From positions 31,496,001 to 31,560,000 of the forward strand of contig NC_134471.1 in the NCBI RefSeq assembly GCF_964194025.1: 64,000 nt of DNA, given 5' to 3'. The translations under genes and the position numbers were made by a program. The notes beneath the pieces were generated by a model, which saw only the letters and a list, made by a program, of their open reading frames with translations, was not told where the DNA came from and made no database searches. Positions within the stretch are counted from its first letter, which is position 1; each line of letters starts with the position of its first letter. Origin of the DNA: Convolutriloba macropyga. Lineage: Eukaryota. Below are positions 1-12,329 of the stretch, piece by piece.

Positions 1-501
1 CGAGTTGGTGTATGGTATGAAATCACTGCGGGTACGTTTCTCCCCCGGATGAGTAATGCTGGGGAACTACGTGTGGAATGGTGGAGAAGCCCTAAGAATC
101 AATTGAGTCCACTTTATTTCGTGGATTCTATTAACCAACTGAGAAGTCTTGACCATAATGACAACAATAATTCGCACGCGAAGCTTTTCGCTCCCTTTTT
201 TATCCATCCCAGCTGGTTCGAGCCGAATGGAATGCAGGGGCACTATGCGCTACCAGCTGGTTTTGTGGTTATGGGAGTCCATTTTGATGTCAATGAAGGC
301 AACATGTATTTCAAACCCTACTCCGACTTTTGGGTTAGAAATCAGCCTGAACTGGACAAATGCGTAAATCGCCAACAACACTATTTCGACGGGTCACGGG
401 GTCATCAATATTTTCTGGCCAGAAGTCCAACTTTTCTCAGTCAGGAAGATAATGAGCAGATCACTCAACAGGAGTTGGAGGCGTCCAAAAACAAACCGCA
501 G
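1..501 (+). CDS. Probable coding exon of an unidentified host gene (runs off the window start)
   Basis: Frame 1 is open from base 1 (RVGVWYEITAG...SKNKPQ). GC is higher than the flanks. Strong donor CAG|GTAAGA at 501/502, after which the ORF becomes AT-rich and intron-like. Confidence 0.6.
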
Positions 502-812
502 GTAAGAAAAAATCTGTCAATTGAGTTACATCAATTTATGAAACTGAATTACTTGTCGTGCAGGAAAAAAATATTCGGTCGGAAAAAACTAACCATGCTG
601 AGTGAGGTAGAAATATACACTATCTGATTTGGAGAGAAATTTGCCATGATCAGAGACAAGCAATTGACTATGACTCGTACTAAATCGAATTACTGCGAAA
701 TAATTTGACAAAGCGCGTGTATGTTTCGAATAGGATAAAGGGCAGCTGAGAACAGGCTATTGTAGGCCCAATGCTGTTCCGCTGCGATTATGCAGGAACC
801 ATAAATATTATT

Positions 813-1660
813 AATTGCTCTCAAACGAAATTTGTAGCAATTATATTAGTCCTGTCGGTCTTTTTTTACGCGATTTTTCGCTTGACCGATTTTTTGTCTG
901 ACACTTTTGACTTTTCGTCCTCAAAAGCGGGATAAACAGGTAGCGGCCAGCGGGCATTAAGTGCTCTTAGAGCCTTTCAGCGCTGTTTCAGCTCAAACTG
1001 TTTTGGAGACTTAACTTATGGTGTGAAGGGAGGTTATTAGAGGTTGAAGACACCCCAACTATTGACCCCTACAACGGGCTGTTGCCCCCCACTCCACTGT
1101 TGCCCACCCCCACTCCACCCCTCCCCATCAGCCCCCCGGTGCATCCCCCCCTGGCTACGTTAGGAACAACCGATCGCTAAGCTTTTTGAAAATTTTTGTC
1201 TTTTTTGAGTTGTTTCGGCCTTAGGTGTCAAGAAACCTCCTCGAGGCTTTTATAATAGGTTACTGCATAGTTTCTTGTGCTAATAGAATGGTTTCAACAT
1301 TATAACAGGACGAATTTTAGCATTTTTTGACAAAACATTCAAATTTTTTCCATTTTTTATGACATTTAGTTTTACTTACTCACGATTTTCCACGTTTCTC
1401 CAGCCTCAAAAGCCGAGGAACTTCCTCTAGGGTTTGACCATAGTTTTCTGTAGAGTTTCTAAAATTAATGGAATGTTTTTCAAGATTTTAACACCACGAA
1501 TTTTAGCATTTTAAAAAAATTGATTTTTTTGCAATAATTGTCATTGTTCAGGTTTTTCAGCCTAACAGAAAATCTCCAATAGGGTTTGATAATAAGTTAC
1601 TGGAAAATGTTTTTTGGCCATGGATTAGTTTTCAATTTTTATTATCACAAATTTTAGCAG
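813..1660 (+). mobile_element. Helentron/DINE-like non-autonomous element, family A (5' part plus ~175-bp degenerate tandem units)
   Basis: Starts with the subterminal repeat AATTGCTCTCAAACGA after a T-run. The first ~150 bp are shared with 4276, 5950, 9500 and 40074. Units containing 'cctctagggtttgataataggttactgcatagtttct' follow. Confidence 0.6.
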
Positions 1661-3186
1661 TTTTTTATGCTCTCTGATTTGAGATTTGTTAATAAGAAAG
1701 TGATTTGAGCCAGTATACACAGTAAAGTCAAAAAAATTAAGTAAAGTCAATAAGTCTTCGCTGAAAAATGCTCTGATCATAAGTACGCAGCACTGTGGAA
1801 AACAGTATTTTTCTTTCTGACGCTTCAATAGTGACAACACTTTGTCATGTGTTATTTAACTTTGTCAACATTTACGAAATAAGCATTACCTGTTGTCACT
1901 CGTATTCTCTGATAAAAATAACTTCTATCCGTCCCTTTGAGCATTCGTTTCTTCAAAAAACTAACATAAGGTGTTAATGCTCAAGCTAATTTATTAAGTT
2001 TTTGGAGCCATAGTTCAGTTAACGTTCAATTGGGCCAGTGAGTCGAGATACATGTACTTGCAATAGCGCTTGTTTTCTTATGCTGTAATTGGTTTTAGAA
2101 GGGATTTTTTGGAAATTATTCAGTAATTAAGCTTTTTGATTTTTGGCTGAACTGACACGCTATTAACTATCATAGAATATGAACACGGCAACCACGGGTA
2201 ACAAAACTTTTTGAGGTGGATGCTTGTAGCCGTGACGGTTGATTCTCACCCGGGTCAAAAATAATGCAAAAATTGCGGTGCGAAGCTTCAGCATCTTTCA
2301 GCGATGAATGCTGACAGAGCGGTAACATTTTGTTTAATTTGCCGTTTTTGGCAATGAATTGTCGTAACATTTGCTGTTTTTCACGGTGAAATTTTTTTTT
2401 CACCTCATTCACCGGAATTCTTTCACAAAAGAGACTAACATCCACGTGTTCGGACTTCTGGCGTTCTGCATGTCAACTTCTTCTTCCACTTCCACACCTG
2501 GCATCTACTTATATGATATTTCTATTGAATTTAAATCAGATTCACTACACTATGGAAAACACAAGTTAAATGTTTGTAAGATTTGCGGTTAATAGCAGAG
2601 ACTTTTTGCAAGATTAGAAATTTTAGTGGAGAATTTTTCATCTCCCCCTGCTTAAGCAGTGAACAATAATAATTCATCAAAACCAGCTGGAAGCGTTGGA
2701 AACATAAATTCCGTCGCTAAAAACCGCAAACATACAAAAATTCGCAACACAAAAATCATGATTTTTAGTGTTAAATTGAAGTAACATGTGCAATTTTGAG
2801 AATTGAAATTTTCATTTTTGCAGCTTTCACCGCATTCAAATCACTGCAACTCTTTTCTTTTTCGGCAATTTTTAGCGTTGCCGTCTCAACCGGGGAACTT
2901 TGAAACAAAGTATTTTCGCTTAGTGCCAATTTTCGCAAACGGTAACCAGCTCTAATATTAAAAACACGGTTGTGAAGAACAACGACATTTTCTATTGAAT
3001 TTACCGATAAACTTTTTATATTTAATAGATTCTGCTATAAATTTTTTAATTTTCCATTTACAAAAAAAAACAACTAATTTGAACAACAAATTAACAACAG
3101 TTTGAGTTTATTTTTAGCAATAAATAGCTATTTCTGCTTTAGTTGGCAAACACACTTGCGATACGACAGTGGGAACAACCTCAAGT

Positions 3187-3402
3187 NNNNNNNNNNNNNN
3201 NNNNNNNNNNNNNNNNNNNNNNNNNNNNNNNNNNNNNNNNNNNNNNNNNNNNNNNNNNNNNNNNNNNNNNNNNNNNNNNNNNNNNNNNNNNNNNNNNNNN
3301 NNNNNNNNNNNNNNNNNNNNNNNNNNNNNNNNNNNNNNNNNNNNNNNNNNNNNNNNNNNNNNNNNNNNNNNNNNNNNNNNNNNNNNNNNNNNNNNNNNNN
3401 NN
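3187..3402. other. Assembly gap (N run)
   Basis: Run of N. Confidence 1.
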
Positions 3403-3513
3403 TGCTCAACAGCAAGTGTCAGCGCAAAACAGACTTGCTCCAGGTCAATTTCAAGGTGAGAACATCCGACCAGCTCTACAGAAATTTCCTGGAAATGACA
3501 GATCTGCTCAACA

Positions 3514-3956
3514 GCGCCCGTGTCGAATTTTTACCCCAAAAAAGATGTAACATAAGGGGGGTAATCGGCGGAATGTTTAGCCAATTCCCCTCAAAACTCT
3601 TACATCGTTTTTTTGTGGGGGGGGGGGATAATGGGGGGTAATTCGATGTAAGAGTGCGAGTTCATGGGGGTAAAATGGTGTAAGATTAGGGGGTAATTTT
3701 GGGGGGTAAAACGATGCAAGAGTACGGAGGTAGGGGGGGGGGGGGGGGGGGGTAAAACAACGCAAGCGTTAGGGTTAAAACGATGTATGAGTACGGTGGT
3801 AATGGGGGGTAATAGGGGGGGGGGGTAAAACATTGTAAGTGTAAGGGGTAATGCCCCTGCCCCCCCCCCCCAAAAAAAAATTACCCCCCTAATCTTACAT
3901 CTTGGGGGGGGGGGGGGGTAAGTTTTAGGGGATAAAATCTAAAACCATACGGGCGA
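3514..3956. repeat. G-rich foldback/MITE-like element with an internal ~60-bp minisatellite
   Basis: The ends CGCCCGT...TTTTACCCC and GGGGATAAAA...ACGGGCG are imperfect inverted repeats. Internal repeats of 'aaaacgatgtaagagtacgg..ggggg' and an inverted 'ttaccccctaatcttacatc'. Confidence 0.5.
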
Positions 3957-4142
3957 CTTTCAGGGCAGAACGGGCCAGCTCTACTTCAAGCTCCTCTCCA
4001 AACGCTTCCAGCTCAACAACAGCCAGGGCCCATGACTTCCACTCCAGCGCGCAGACCGGTACAGGGACCGGCAGCACGACCACCGTTTCAACCTATCAAA
4101 AAAGCATCGCCCATCATACGGTAAACCGTAAAAAAAAAATTT

Positions 4143-4267
4143 GGGTCTTTCCCATTATAGCCCCCCAGCTTAGTGGTCAGATAACCTAAAGCCCCCCAAT
4201 CATGGTAATTATACCATAATGGGGGGGCTATAATTTCATGGGGGGGGGGCTATAATGGGAAAGACTC
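4143..4267. mobile_element. Small MITE (~125 bp) with 24-bp TIRs
   Basis: GGGTCTTTCCCATTATAGCCCCCC (4143-4166) versus GGGGGGCTATAATGGGAAAGACTC (4244-4267), one mismatch. Decayed relatives at about 54220-54330 and 58478-58605. Confidence 0.75.
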
Positions 4268-4275
4268 AAAATTTT

Positions 4276-4510
4276 AATTGTTCTCAAACGAAGTTTGTAT
4301 CAACTATACTAGTCCGGTGGTCTTTTCTATGCAATTTTTTGGTTGACTGATTTTTCGCCCGATCCATTTGACTTTTCGTCCTCAATAACGGGATAAACAG
4401 GTAGCGCTCGGAGGGCATTAAGTGGCCGAGCAGCTCTCTTAAAGCCTTACGCCTTACTAGCCTCTAAGTATGCGATTGACTGAAACTGTTTTTAAGACAC
4501 ATTTCGAGGT
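4276..4510 (+). mobile_element. 5' fragment of family A Helentron/DINE-like element
   Basis: AATTGTTCTCAAACGAAG... homologous to 813 and 5950. Confidence 0.6.
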
Positions 4511-5949
4511 GCGAAGAGAGAGATGAAGTCTCTCTCCCCCCCCCCCCCCCCCCCCACTAACCTCTTCCCACTCCCCCCAAGACTCCGCATGTCTATCTTC
4601 CTCCAGCTCGCGATTTTAACCCCCTCGTCTAGCCCTCTCAACACTACACCCCATGACTTGACAATTGCTAACTGAAAAAATTGATATCAAAAGCTCACCT
4701 GAAATAAAATTGACCTTTAGACTGACTTTTATGTATTGCCATTGAATCTATGCGCGTGACGTCATTTCTTATTCTCTTTCGCGACAGCTCTAGGTCAATT
4801 GTGTAGATTTTCAAATTACCTCACATGAAAGAATGATTTCTGCACTCACTTAAGAGCATCCAAAGCGTGCAACAAACAGAAGTGCCTAATTATGACGATA
4901 AAAGTTTTTGAATTATTCATCTCAAAAAATATCTTTGACAGAAATATATTATTAGCTTTTCCTTTATGCGTTTTTGTACGGCGCCTGAAAAGGGCCTCAT
5001 AATTGAAGTATGTACTCTTTTTTACGAGAAGAGTATTGGTTTTCTTAAGGTTTCTTTTTACCCGAAGTACTATTCGTTCAGGCGCTGTTATGTACTAAAA
5101 GCAAAAATGAGTAAAACTGCCGTGTGAACTAGCTTTTTCTGAGCCAGAGAAGTTTTTTGATCATGCGCTGCATTTAGTGAATGACTTTTTGACTTTGAAA
5201 ACTATTTTTTGACGGAATGGCACATATAAATAACCGTTTTTAACCGTTTTTTTGTCTAAGTGGCCAAGTTTTTTTTACTTGTATTTTTTTGTAGAAATAA
5301 TTTTTATTCGATGCAATATTGACATGTAAACCTCCGAAATTGATACCACAGTGCTTTGCAGAGCCTGAAAATGCGTTTCAAGTTCAAAATTGGCATTTGT
5401 TTCCTGATTTTTTAGTTAATTTTTGGCTTTTTTTCTATTAATTCCATTTTGGGATCTTTCAGTCGCCATTTCTTAAAATCAGTTAATATAGCAACTTTAC
5501 TTTGATAATTGATATCCTCAACGCCTCCTTCTACCTCTATATTTTTTTGTTTCGTAAAATTGTACATATGCTAATCCGATTTTGCTCGTTTTTTTCCAAT
5601 TTTTCTCAGTTTTTTGTATTACGGTATTTAGGAAAACTTCTTCATAAATACAGTCGTAAAAAATTTTTGACCATTTTGCAAAATGTTTCAGTTTTCTTAT
5701 GTTTGAATTCTTGAATTCTGTTTTTACTTTTTTTTGTTCTGCTGAAGAAGATGGCTTTTTGTGTCGGATGATTTTTTTTCTTTTCTAAGTCTCGATTCCT
5801 GAACAATGAAATGTTTTCGGTTTTTTTATTTAATTTGACTTTTTACTTTCAAAAATCAAGATTAGGTCTTTTTTGCAACGCTGTTTCTTTCATTGTGTCC
5901 ACATTGTTCACATTTACGTTGTTAAAAATCTGAGTGATTTCAGCTTTTT

Positions 5950-8900
5950 AATTGCTCTCAAAAAGCACGAAGTTTGTAGCAATTATATTAGTCCTGTCGG
6001 TCTTTTTTTATGCGATTTTTCGCTTGACCGATTTTTCGTCTGACACTTTTGGCTTTTCGTCCTCAAAAACGGGACATTCAGGTAGCGCCCAGCGGCCATT
6101 AAATGCTCTTAGAGCCTTTCAGCTCTGTTTCAACTCAAACTGTTTTGGAGACTCATTTGTATACTTATGGTGTGAAGGGCGGTTCTTAGAGTTTGAAGAC
6201 AACCCCACTGTTGACCACCCCCCCCCCCTATTGCCCCCCTATTGCCCCCATCCCCCCCACCGCGCTGTTGCCTCCCCACCCCAGTGTTGCCCCCTCAATC
6301 AGCCCCCTTTTTTTAGGTTTTTAAAAAGGTTACTGCGTAGTTTCTGGTGGTAATTTTAATGGTTTCAACATTTTACCATCACGAATTGCACATTTTTTTT
6401 TTTGACAAAAACGTTCATTTTTTTTCAAATTTTTTAACATTTTGTCCCTCTTTTAGGTTTTTCCAGACCCAATAGCCAAAAAACATCCTATGGGGTTTGA
6501 TAATAAGTTACTGACAAGTTTTTAATGGTAAGGGAATAGTTTTCCAACTTTTTTATGTCACTAATTTTAGAAATCTTTTTTAAATTTTGTTTTTTTTTCA
6601 AGTTTTTTGAAACTTTTTGTCGTTTTTCAGATTCTTTCAGCCTTAAGAGCAAAGTAACCTCATCTAGGGTTTGCAAATAGGTTTCTGGATAATTTTTAGA
6701 TTAAGTGGAACGTCTTGCAATATTTAAACATCACAAGTTTTATCAAATTTTTTAACATTTTTTGCCAGTTTTTTCCAATTTTTTTAAAATTTATACTTAT
6801 TATTCCAATTTTTTGAGCCTCAAGAGTCAAAAAAGCCTCCGATAGTTTTTGATAATAAGTTATTGTAAAATTTATGTTAGTGTTGGATTAATTTTCAATT
6901 TTTTATTATCAAGTTTTAGCAATTTTTTTTAAAACTTGCAAGTTTTGTTGAAGTTTTTTGATTTTTTGTTATTTTTTGGGCTGCTCTAGCCTCAAGGGCC
7001 ACTGAACTTCCTCTAGGGTTTGATAATATGTTACTGCATAGTTTATTGGTGAAATAGAATGTTCTTGGAGGTTGTAATATCACGAAATTAATCAATTTTG
7101 AAAATTATTTGCAATTTTTTCATGTTTTTGAGTTTTTTCCGGCAACAGAGGCCCTGGGACCTCCTCCAATTTTTGATAATAGGCTGCTGCATAGTTTCTA
7201 GAGCTAATGGGATTGTGATCAACAGTGATCAAGCGTATGGATCTTTATGAGCCAGTGAAACTATTTCAGGTTTTAAACAGGGATCATGGATAGTCTCATG
7301 AGACAATGTAATGGTTCTTAAGATGTCAAAGTCTTGAATTTTAGCGAGGTTTATATACAACAAGAAAACAATATGTGTTGTTTTCATCTCAATTGCAGTG
7401 ATTATAAATCTAATTGAGAAATTCAACTCAGTTTCTAAGAATATTATCTGCTGTTTGCTTTCGCAATCTTTTAGAGACTAGAATGATGACTTTTTATGGA
7501 ATTTGACAGCTTTTTCTGCTTTTTGAGCCTGTAAGTATTTTGACCATCCTAATTATTTCGGATTTTCCTAAAATTACCAACGGTTTTCAATAATATAGGT
7601 TTTGCTGCCTTTTGTTTCTCTGGATGACTATGGTTTAAATTTCGCCAATTTTTAGATCAGACAAATTAGATGGTTAAATACAAAAGAGAATGGCTTCCGC
7701 AGTTTTCACGGTTTTTTTGTGAAGTTTCAACGCTTCGCGTTGCATCCAGAATTCTTCTGGCTATGTTTTTAAGATCTGTTCAAATATTTTTATAACTTTG
7801 AAGTCATATTGGAGTAGTGATTTTGGTCACGCCGAAAAAGGAAATGGAGTGAAAAAGCGAGTGGTTTTGCGGTGTGAAATTTTTTCGCTCTAATTTTGAA
7901 GTAGAGTGATAAAACGGTGTTTGAACAAAAATACGTTTTCAGGGTAGGTCGAAGGGTAGGACGAAAATAAAATCTGTTCGACGAAATTGAAAAACATAAA
8001 AGGAAAAGTGGTTTTTTTGTTCACATTTCACTTTGACTTTTACTGTTTTTTCGATTTTCTGATCGGATTTTTTTTCTGAATGGTTTTTCCAATCCTTTCA
8101 CTCATCATTCTGGTCCTTGTTTTTTTATTCGAACAAAATTTCTTTTTCTCGCTAGTGGTTTTTTTCACATTGACATTTTGACATTAACTTTGTTTTTTTT
8201 ATTTTATCTGATTTTTTCAGAAACGGTTTTCGCAATTCACTCACAGTCGTTCTAGGTAAAGTTTTTTTTGTTTAGTCAACGAAAATTCTTTGAATTGTAC
8301 GTCAGTACTTGTCCTGCTATGTTTTTTACTATTCAAAGAATTTAAATTGTTTTGTGGCGCTGTCTTTTTCTTTTTTTTAAGATCTGTTCACACATTTTCA
8401 TGATTTTTGAAGTCAAATTGGAGTAGTGATTTTGGTCACGCCGAAACAGGAAATAGAGCAAAAAAATGAGTCGCTTTGCGGCGTAAATTTTTTTCGCTCT
8501 AAACTTAAAGTAGAGTGAGAAAACGGTGTTTGAACAAAAATTCGGTTTCTCGGTAGTGGTTTTTTGTTCACATGTGGCAATTTCACTCTAATTTTTACTG
8601 TTTTTTCGGATTTTTGGATCGAATTTTTTTCTAAATGGTTTTCATAATCCATTCACAGCTCATTCTATGCCTAGTGATTTTTTGTTTTTTTTTGTTATTT
8701 TTTGATCTGATTTTTTTTATATCACCCAGAGTCCATTCCAGGTCTAGTTTTTCTGTTTAGTCAATAAAAATTCTTTGAATTGTACGTCAAGACTTGTCCT
8801 GCTATGTTTTTTTTTTCGTCGAACAGAGTTTTGTTTCATCCTACCCTGACTTCTTCGAATTGACTTTTTCAATGACTTTAGTGAATTTTACTGCTTTGCA

Positions 8901-9335
8901 GTGAAAATTTGTGGTCGTGACATCATTTCTGCTTTTAGTTCAATTGCTTGACTTTCTTCACTCCAAAAAAGACTTCTGAACTCCTTTATGGAGTTTTAAA
9001 TTTTATGAACATTTACTAGTTAAAGATCAATAGTGTGCATCTAAATAGTGCGAAAATTTTTTCAGTATTGTTCTTTTCGGAGTTTAACGACCATTACTAT
9101 CCAACCAAACTTTTTAACTCTCGGAGACGGGTTACTTGACATAAATTTTGAGACAAAAAATGGTTTTGATTTCTTTATTGCCGAGTTCAAAACTTTTTAA
9201 TTTTGACTTTTTCAGCTTTTTTTATGATTTATTTATTCACAGGTTAGAAAACGAGAAGTTGCAGTGTTAAATCAAACCAACGAAGATATTTCTCCTTCGG
9301 TTGTAGTTCCTTTCCTTCTCTTTCTCGTTCACGTT

Positions 9336-9372
<37 letters not shown>

Positions 9373-9425
9373 GATTCCGCACTTCAGCTGCTGTTATGTG
9401 GCGTATTGTCAGCATCTGTGATCCT
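5950..9425 (+). mobile_element. Family A Helentron/DINE-like element carrying a 1.7-kb internal segment
   Basis: Family A 5' end at 5950 and ~175-bp units to ~7230. The family A 3' module (gaagttgcag..., (CT)n at ~9338-9369, gttgattccgcacttcagctg) lies at ~9250-9425. Confidence 0.5.
7352..9051. repeat. Direct repeat, copy 1 (includes an extra diverged ~600-bp internal duplicate)
   Basis: Nearly identical to 9955-11124. The segment 7770-8375 is a diverged duplicate of 8378-8800. ORFs 8413..8652 and 10407..10646 translate almost identically. Confidence 0.9.
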
Positions 9426-9499
9426 CATTATCAATGAGCTATAGTTGAAATGTTTTTTATCATAAATGATCTAACAGGCACTTTTAAGAAGCCATTTTT

Positions 9500-9720
9500 A
9501 ATTGTTCTCAGAAGCAATTTGTAGCAAATATAATAATTATGTTTGTCTTTTATGCAATTTTTCGCTCGTCCAATTTTTGTCCGACTCATTTGACTTTCGT
9601 ATTCAGAAACGTGATAAACAGGTAGCGCCCTGACGACACTAAACCATGGATAACTGTTGACGAAATCAAACGCTCGCCAGTTGTTTGAGAGCAGTTCTCC
9701 CGACGTTAGTCGGTTATGTT
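9500..9720 (+). mobile_element. Minimal (~220 bp) family A Helentron/DINE-like element with both ends
   Basis: 5' AATTGTTCTCA, 3' inverted TTTGAGAGCAGTT, hairpin CCGAC-GTTA-GTCGG (9700-9713), then TTATGTTTTT. Confidence 0.65.
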
Positions 9721-9954
9721 TTTTAGATTATGGTCATTTCTTTGGTTTACAATTGATTTCATCCCTCATAAGGTAGCACTGAGAGTGTGCTAAAAAGCAT
9801 TTTGCAACATTTCCACCTATTACTAATTGTTGCAATTTTTTGTGGCCCTGGTAAAGTTTTCAAACGTTTTTTTTTATTAGTTTTCTGTTGCTTATTTTTT
9901 TTCTATGGTTAATTTAATTTTTGAAAAAGTATGAAATCATTTTGTCTATAAGCA

Positions 9955-11124
9955 TATATACAACAAGAAAGCAATATGTGTTGTTTTCGTCTCAATTGCA
10001 GTGATTATAAATCTAATTGAGAAATTTAACTCAGTTTCTAAGAATATTATCTGCTGTTTGCTTTCGCAATCTTTTAGAGACTGGAATCATGACTTTTTAT
10101 GGAATTTGACAGCCTTTTCTGCTTTTTGAGCCTGTAAGTATTTTGACCATCCTATTTATTTTAGATTTTCCTAAAATTACCAAAGGTTTTCAATAACATA
10201 AGTTTTGCTGCTTTTTGTTTCTCTGGATGACTATGGTTTAAATTTCGGCAATATTTAGATCAGACAAATTAGATGGTTAAATACAAAAGGTAATGGCTTC
10301 CGCAGTTTTCACGGTTTTTTTGTGAAGTTTCAACGCTTCGAGTTGCATCCGGAATTCTTCTGGCTATGTTTGTAAGATCTGTTCACACATTTTTATAACT
10401 TTGAATTCAAATTGAAGTAGTGATTTTAGTCACGCCGAAACAGGAAATGGAGCAAAAAAGTGAGTGGCTTTGCGGTGTAAATTTATTTCGCTCTAAACTT
10501 AAAGTAGAGCGAGAAAATGGTTTTTGAACAAAAATCCGGTTTCTCGGTAGTGGTTTTTTGTTCACATGTGGCAATTTCACTCTGATTTTTACTGTTTTTT
10601 CGGATTTTTGGATCGAATTTTTTTCTAAATGGTTTTCATAATCCATTCACAGCTCATTCTAGGCCTAGTTTTTTGTTTGAATTAAATTTTCATTTCTCGC
10701 TAGTGTTTTTTTTTGTTCACATGCGGAATTTAGACATTGATTTTTTGTTTTTTTCTTATTTTTTGATCTGATTTTTTTAAATGATTTACTCAATTCACCC
10801 AGAGCCCATTCCAGGTCTAGTTTTTCTGTTTAGTCAATAAAAATTCTTTGAATTTTACGTCAGGACTTGTCCTGCTATGTTTTTTATTTCGTCGAACAGA
10901 GTTTTGTTTCGTCCTACCCTGACTTCTTCGAATTGACTTTTTCAATGACTTTAGTGACTTTTACTGCTTTGCAGTTAAAATTTGTGGTCTTGACATCATT
11001 TCTGCTTTTAGTTCAATTGCGTGACTTACCTCACTCCAAAAAAGACTTCTGAACTCCTTTATGGAGTTTTAAATTTTATGAACATTTACTAGTTAAAGAT
11101 CAATAGTTTGCATCTAAATAGTGC
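9955..11124. repeat. Direct repeat, copy 2
   Basis: Matches 7352-9051 apart from the extra internal unit. Confidence 0.9.
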
Positions 11125-11966
11125 CAAACTTATATGCCCTAATTCCTGAACAATAGAGTATTGAGTTTTAATATCGAATAATATATTTGAAAAAACTCCA
11201 TTAGTATTTTTTTGTAGAAAAAATGTGTCTCATAAAAGTGACAGTCCGAATCTAACCCAAAAAGTCTAGTGGTCTATTTAAAAACTTGTGGTCGATCTGT
11301 CAAACTTATTTCTTTAGTTGTTTCAATTCATGGTAGGTCACAATAGTCTATCGCGCTATTTTCCGGCAATCTTCCGGATATGTTTATTTATAAAAATTGC
11401 GCTGAGACTCTAAACCTTAGCGTTCTGAAATAGCAAAAGGTGTTCAGTTTATTTAATTTTATTCTGTGCTTGTTTCAATTCCGGTAAAAGCCAAGTGGTC
11501 AAGTGGGTCAATCGAGACTATTTGCAGGCAACCTGCCGGCTTTTTGATTTTTGCTTAAATCTGAATTTTGCAAAGGAGTCGTGATACAGTGTTCAAAAAC
11601 ATTTTTTTCATTTTTCTCTAGTATTGGGAATCAACCAGTTGTTTTTTCTGATTTCCAAAGCCAATGGAATAGTTCCATGTCTTTTTATACAGCTAATATC
11701 AATTTTTTAATATTTCGTGGAGTTTTGTCAAACAAGAGCTATTCTGCTAAGTTTTATGTTTATTCGGTGATTCAAATTCTAGTTATACATCAAGTATAAT
11801 TAGAATTTGATTTAGTTATACACGGTGTATTATTTTAATATTTGACCTTTTTATCTATTTCTTGGTTCCTTGAAGATTCACTTTTTCGCTTAAATTCAGA
11901 AATTTAAGTCACCTGACACTTCAGCCTTCTAAAAAAAATTGTGATAGGGAAAACAAAACACTTTAG

Positions 11967-12329
11967 GCAACAAGGACAAGCAAGCAGTTCTACAGTTGGG
12001 GCTACTGGTGGGAGTCAAAGTGGACTGGACTTGAGTAGTGGATACCAAACACAAGGAAAGCCTCCCCAAAGATCCTCTTCTATGGGTCCAACGACATCCG
12101 CGATGCAACAGGTTCCATTAGGAGCCCAATTATCTCAAAGAGAACCATCTCCTCAAAGGGTTCTGTCTCCCCAAAGGGTGGCTTCCCCGCAGAGACCTCA
12201 GCGACCCGCAAGATCAGTCAACTTCCAAATTCCGACTATACAAGTTACACCCCCAAGTCCAAGTCCAGGCACAGATGCTGGTCCAATGTCACCACCGCAT
12301 CTGTTTGATAACTGGCCTCACCAACCCAA
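11967..12329 (+). CDS. Probable exon encoding a disordered S/P/Q-rich segment
   Basis: GC-elevated ORF 11941..12333; acceptor ctttag|G at 11966/7; donor CAA|GTAAGC at 12329/30; phase 2-2. Confidence 0.6.

Noticed and set aside
1200-1650. Regularly spaced repeats as a CRISPR array
   Set aside because: Whole ~175-bp units are homologous with no unique spacers, the context is eukaryotic, and there are no cas genes.
2170-2520. Moderately GC-rich minus-strand ORF remnant
   Set aside because: Frame-broken and has no recognisable motif.
3102-3641. ORFs containing long X runs (also 42193-42549 and 52079-52405)
   Set aside because: Artefacts of translating through N gaps.
5952-6353. 133-aa ORF with signal-like start and Pro-rich tail
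   Set aside because: It lies within the family A repeat, and the same region has stops in the copy at 813.
8413-8652. Duplicated ORF MDYENHLEKN (also at 10407)
   Set aside because: A product of T-rich repeat sequence with no protein-like features; explained by the direct repeat.
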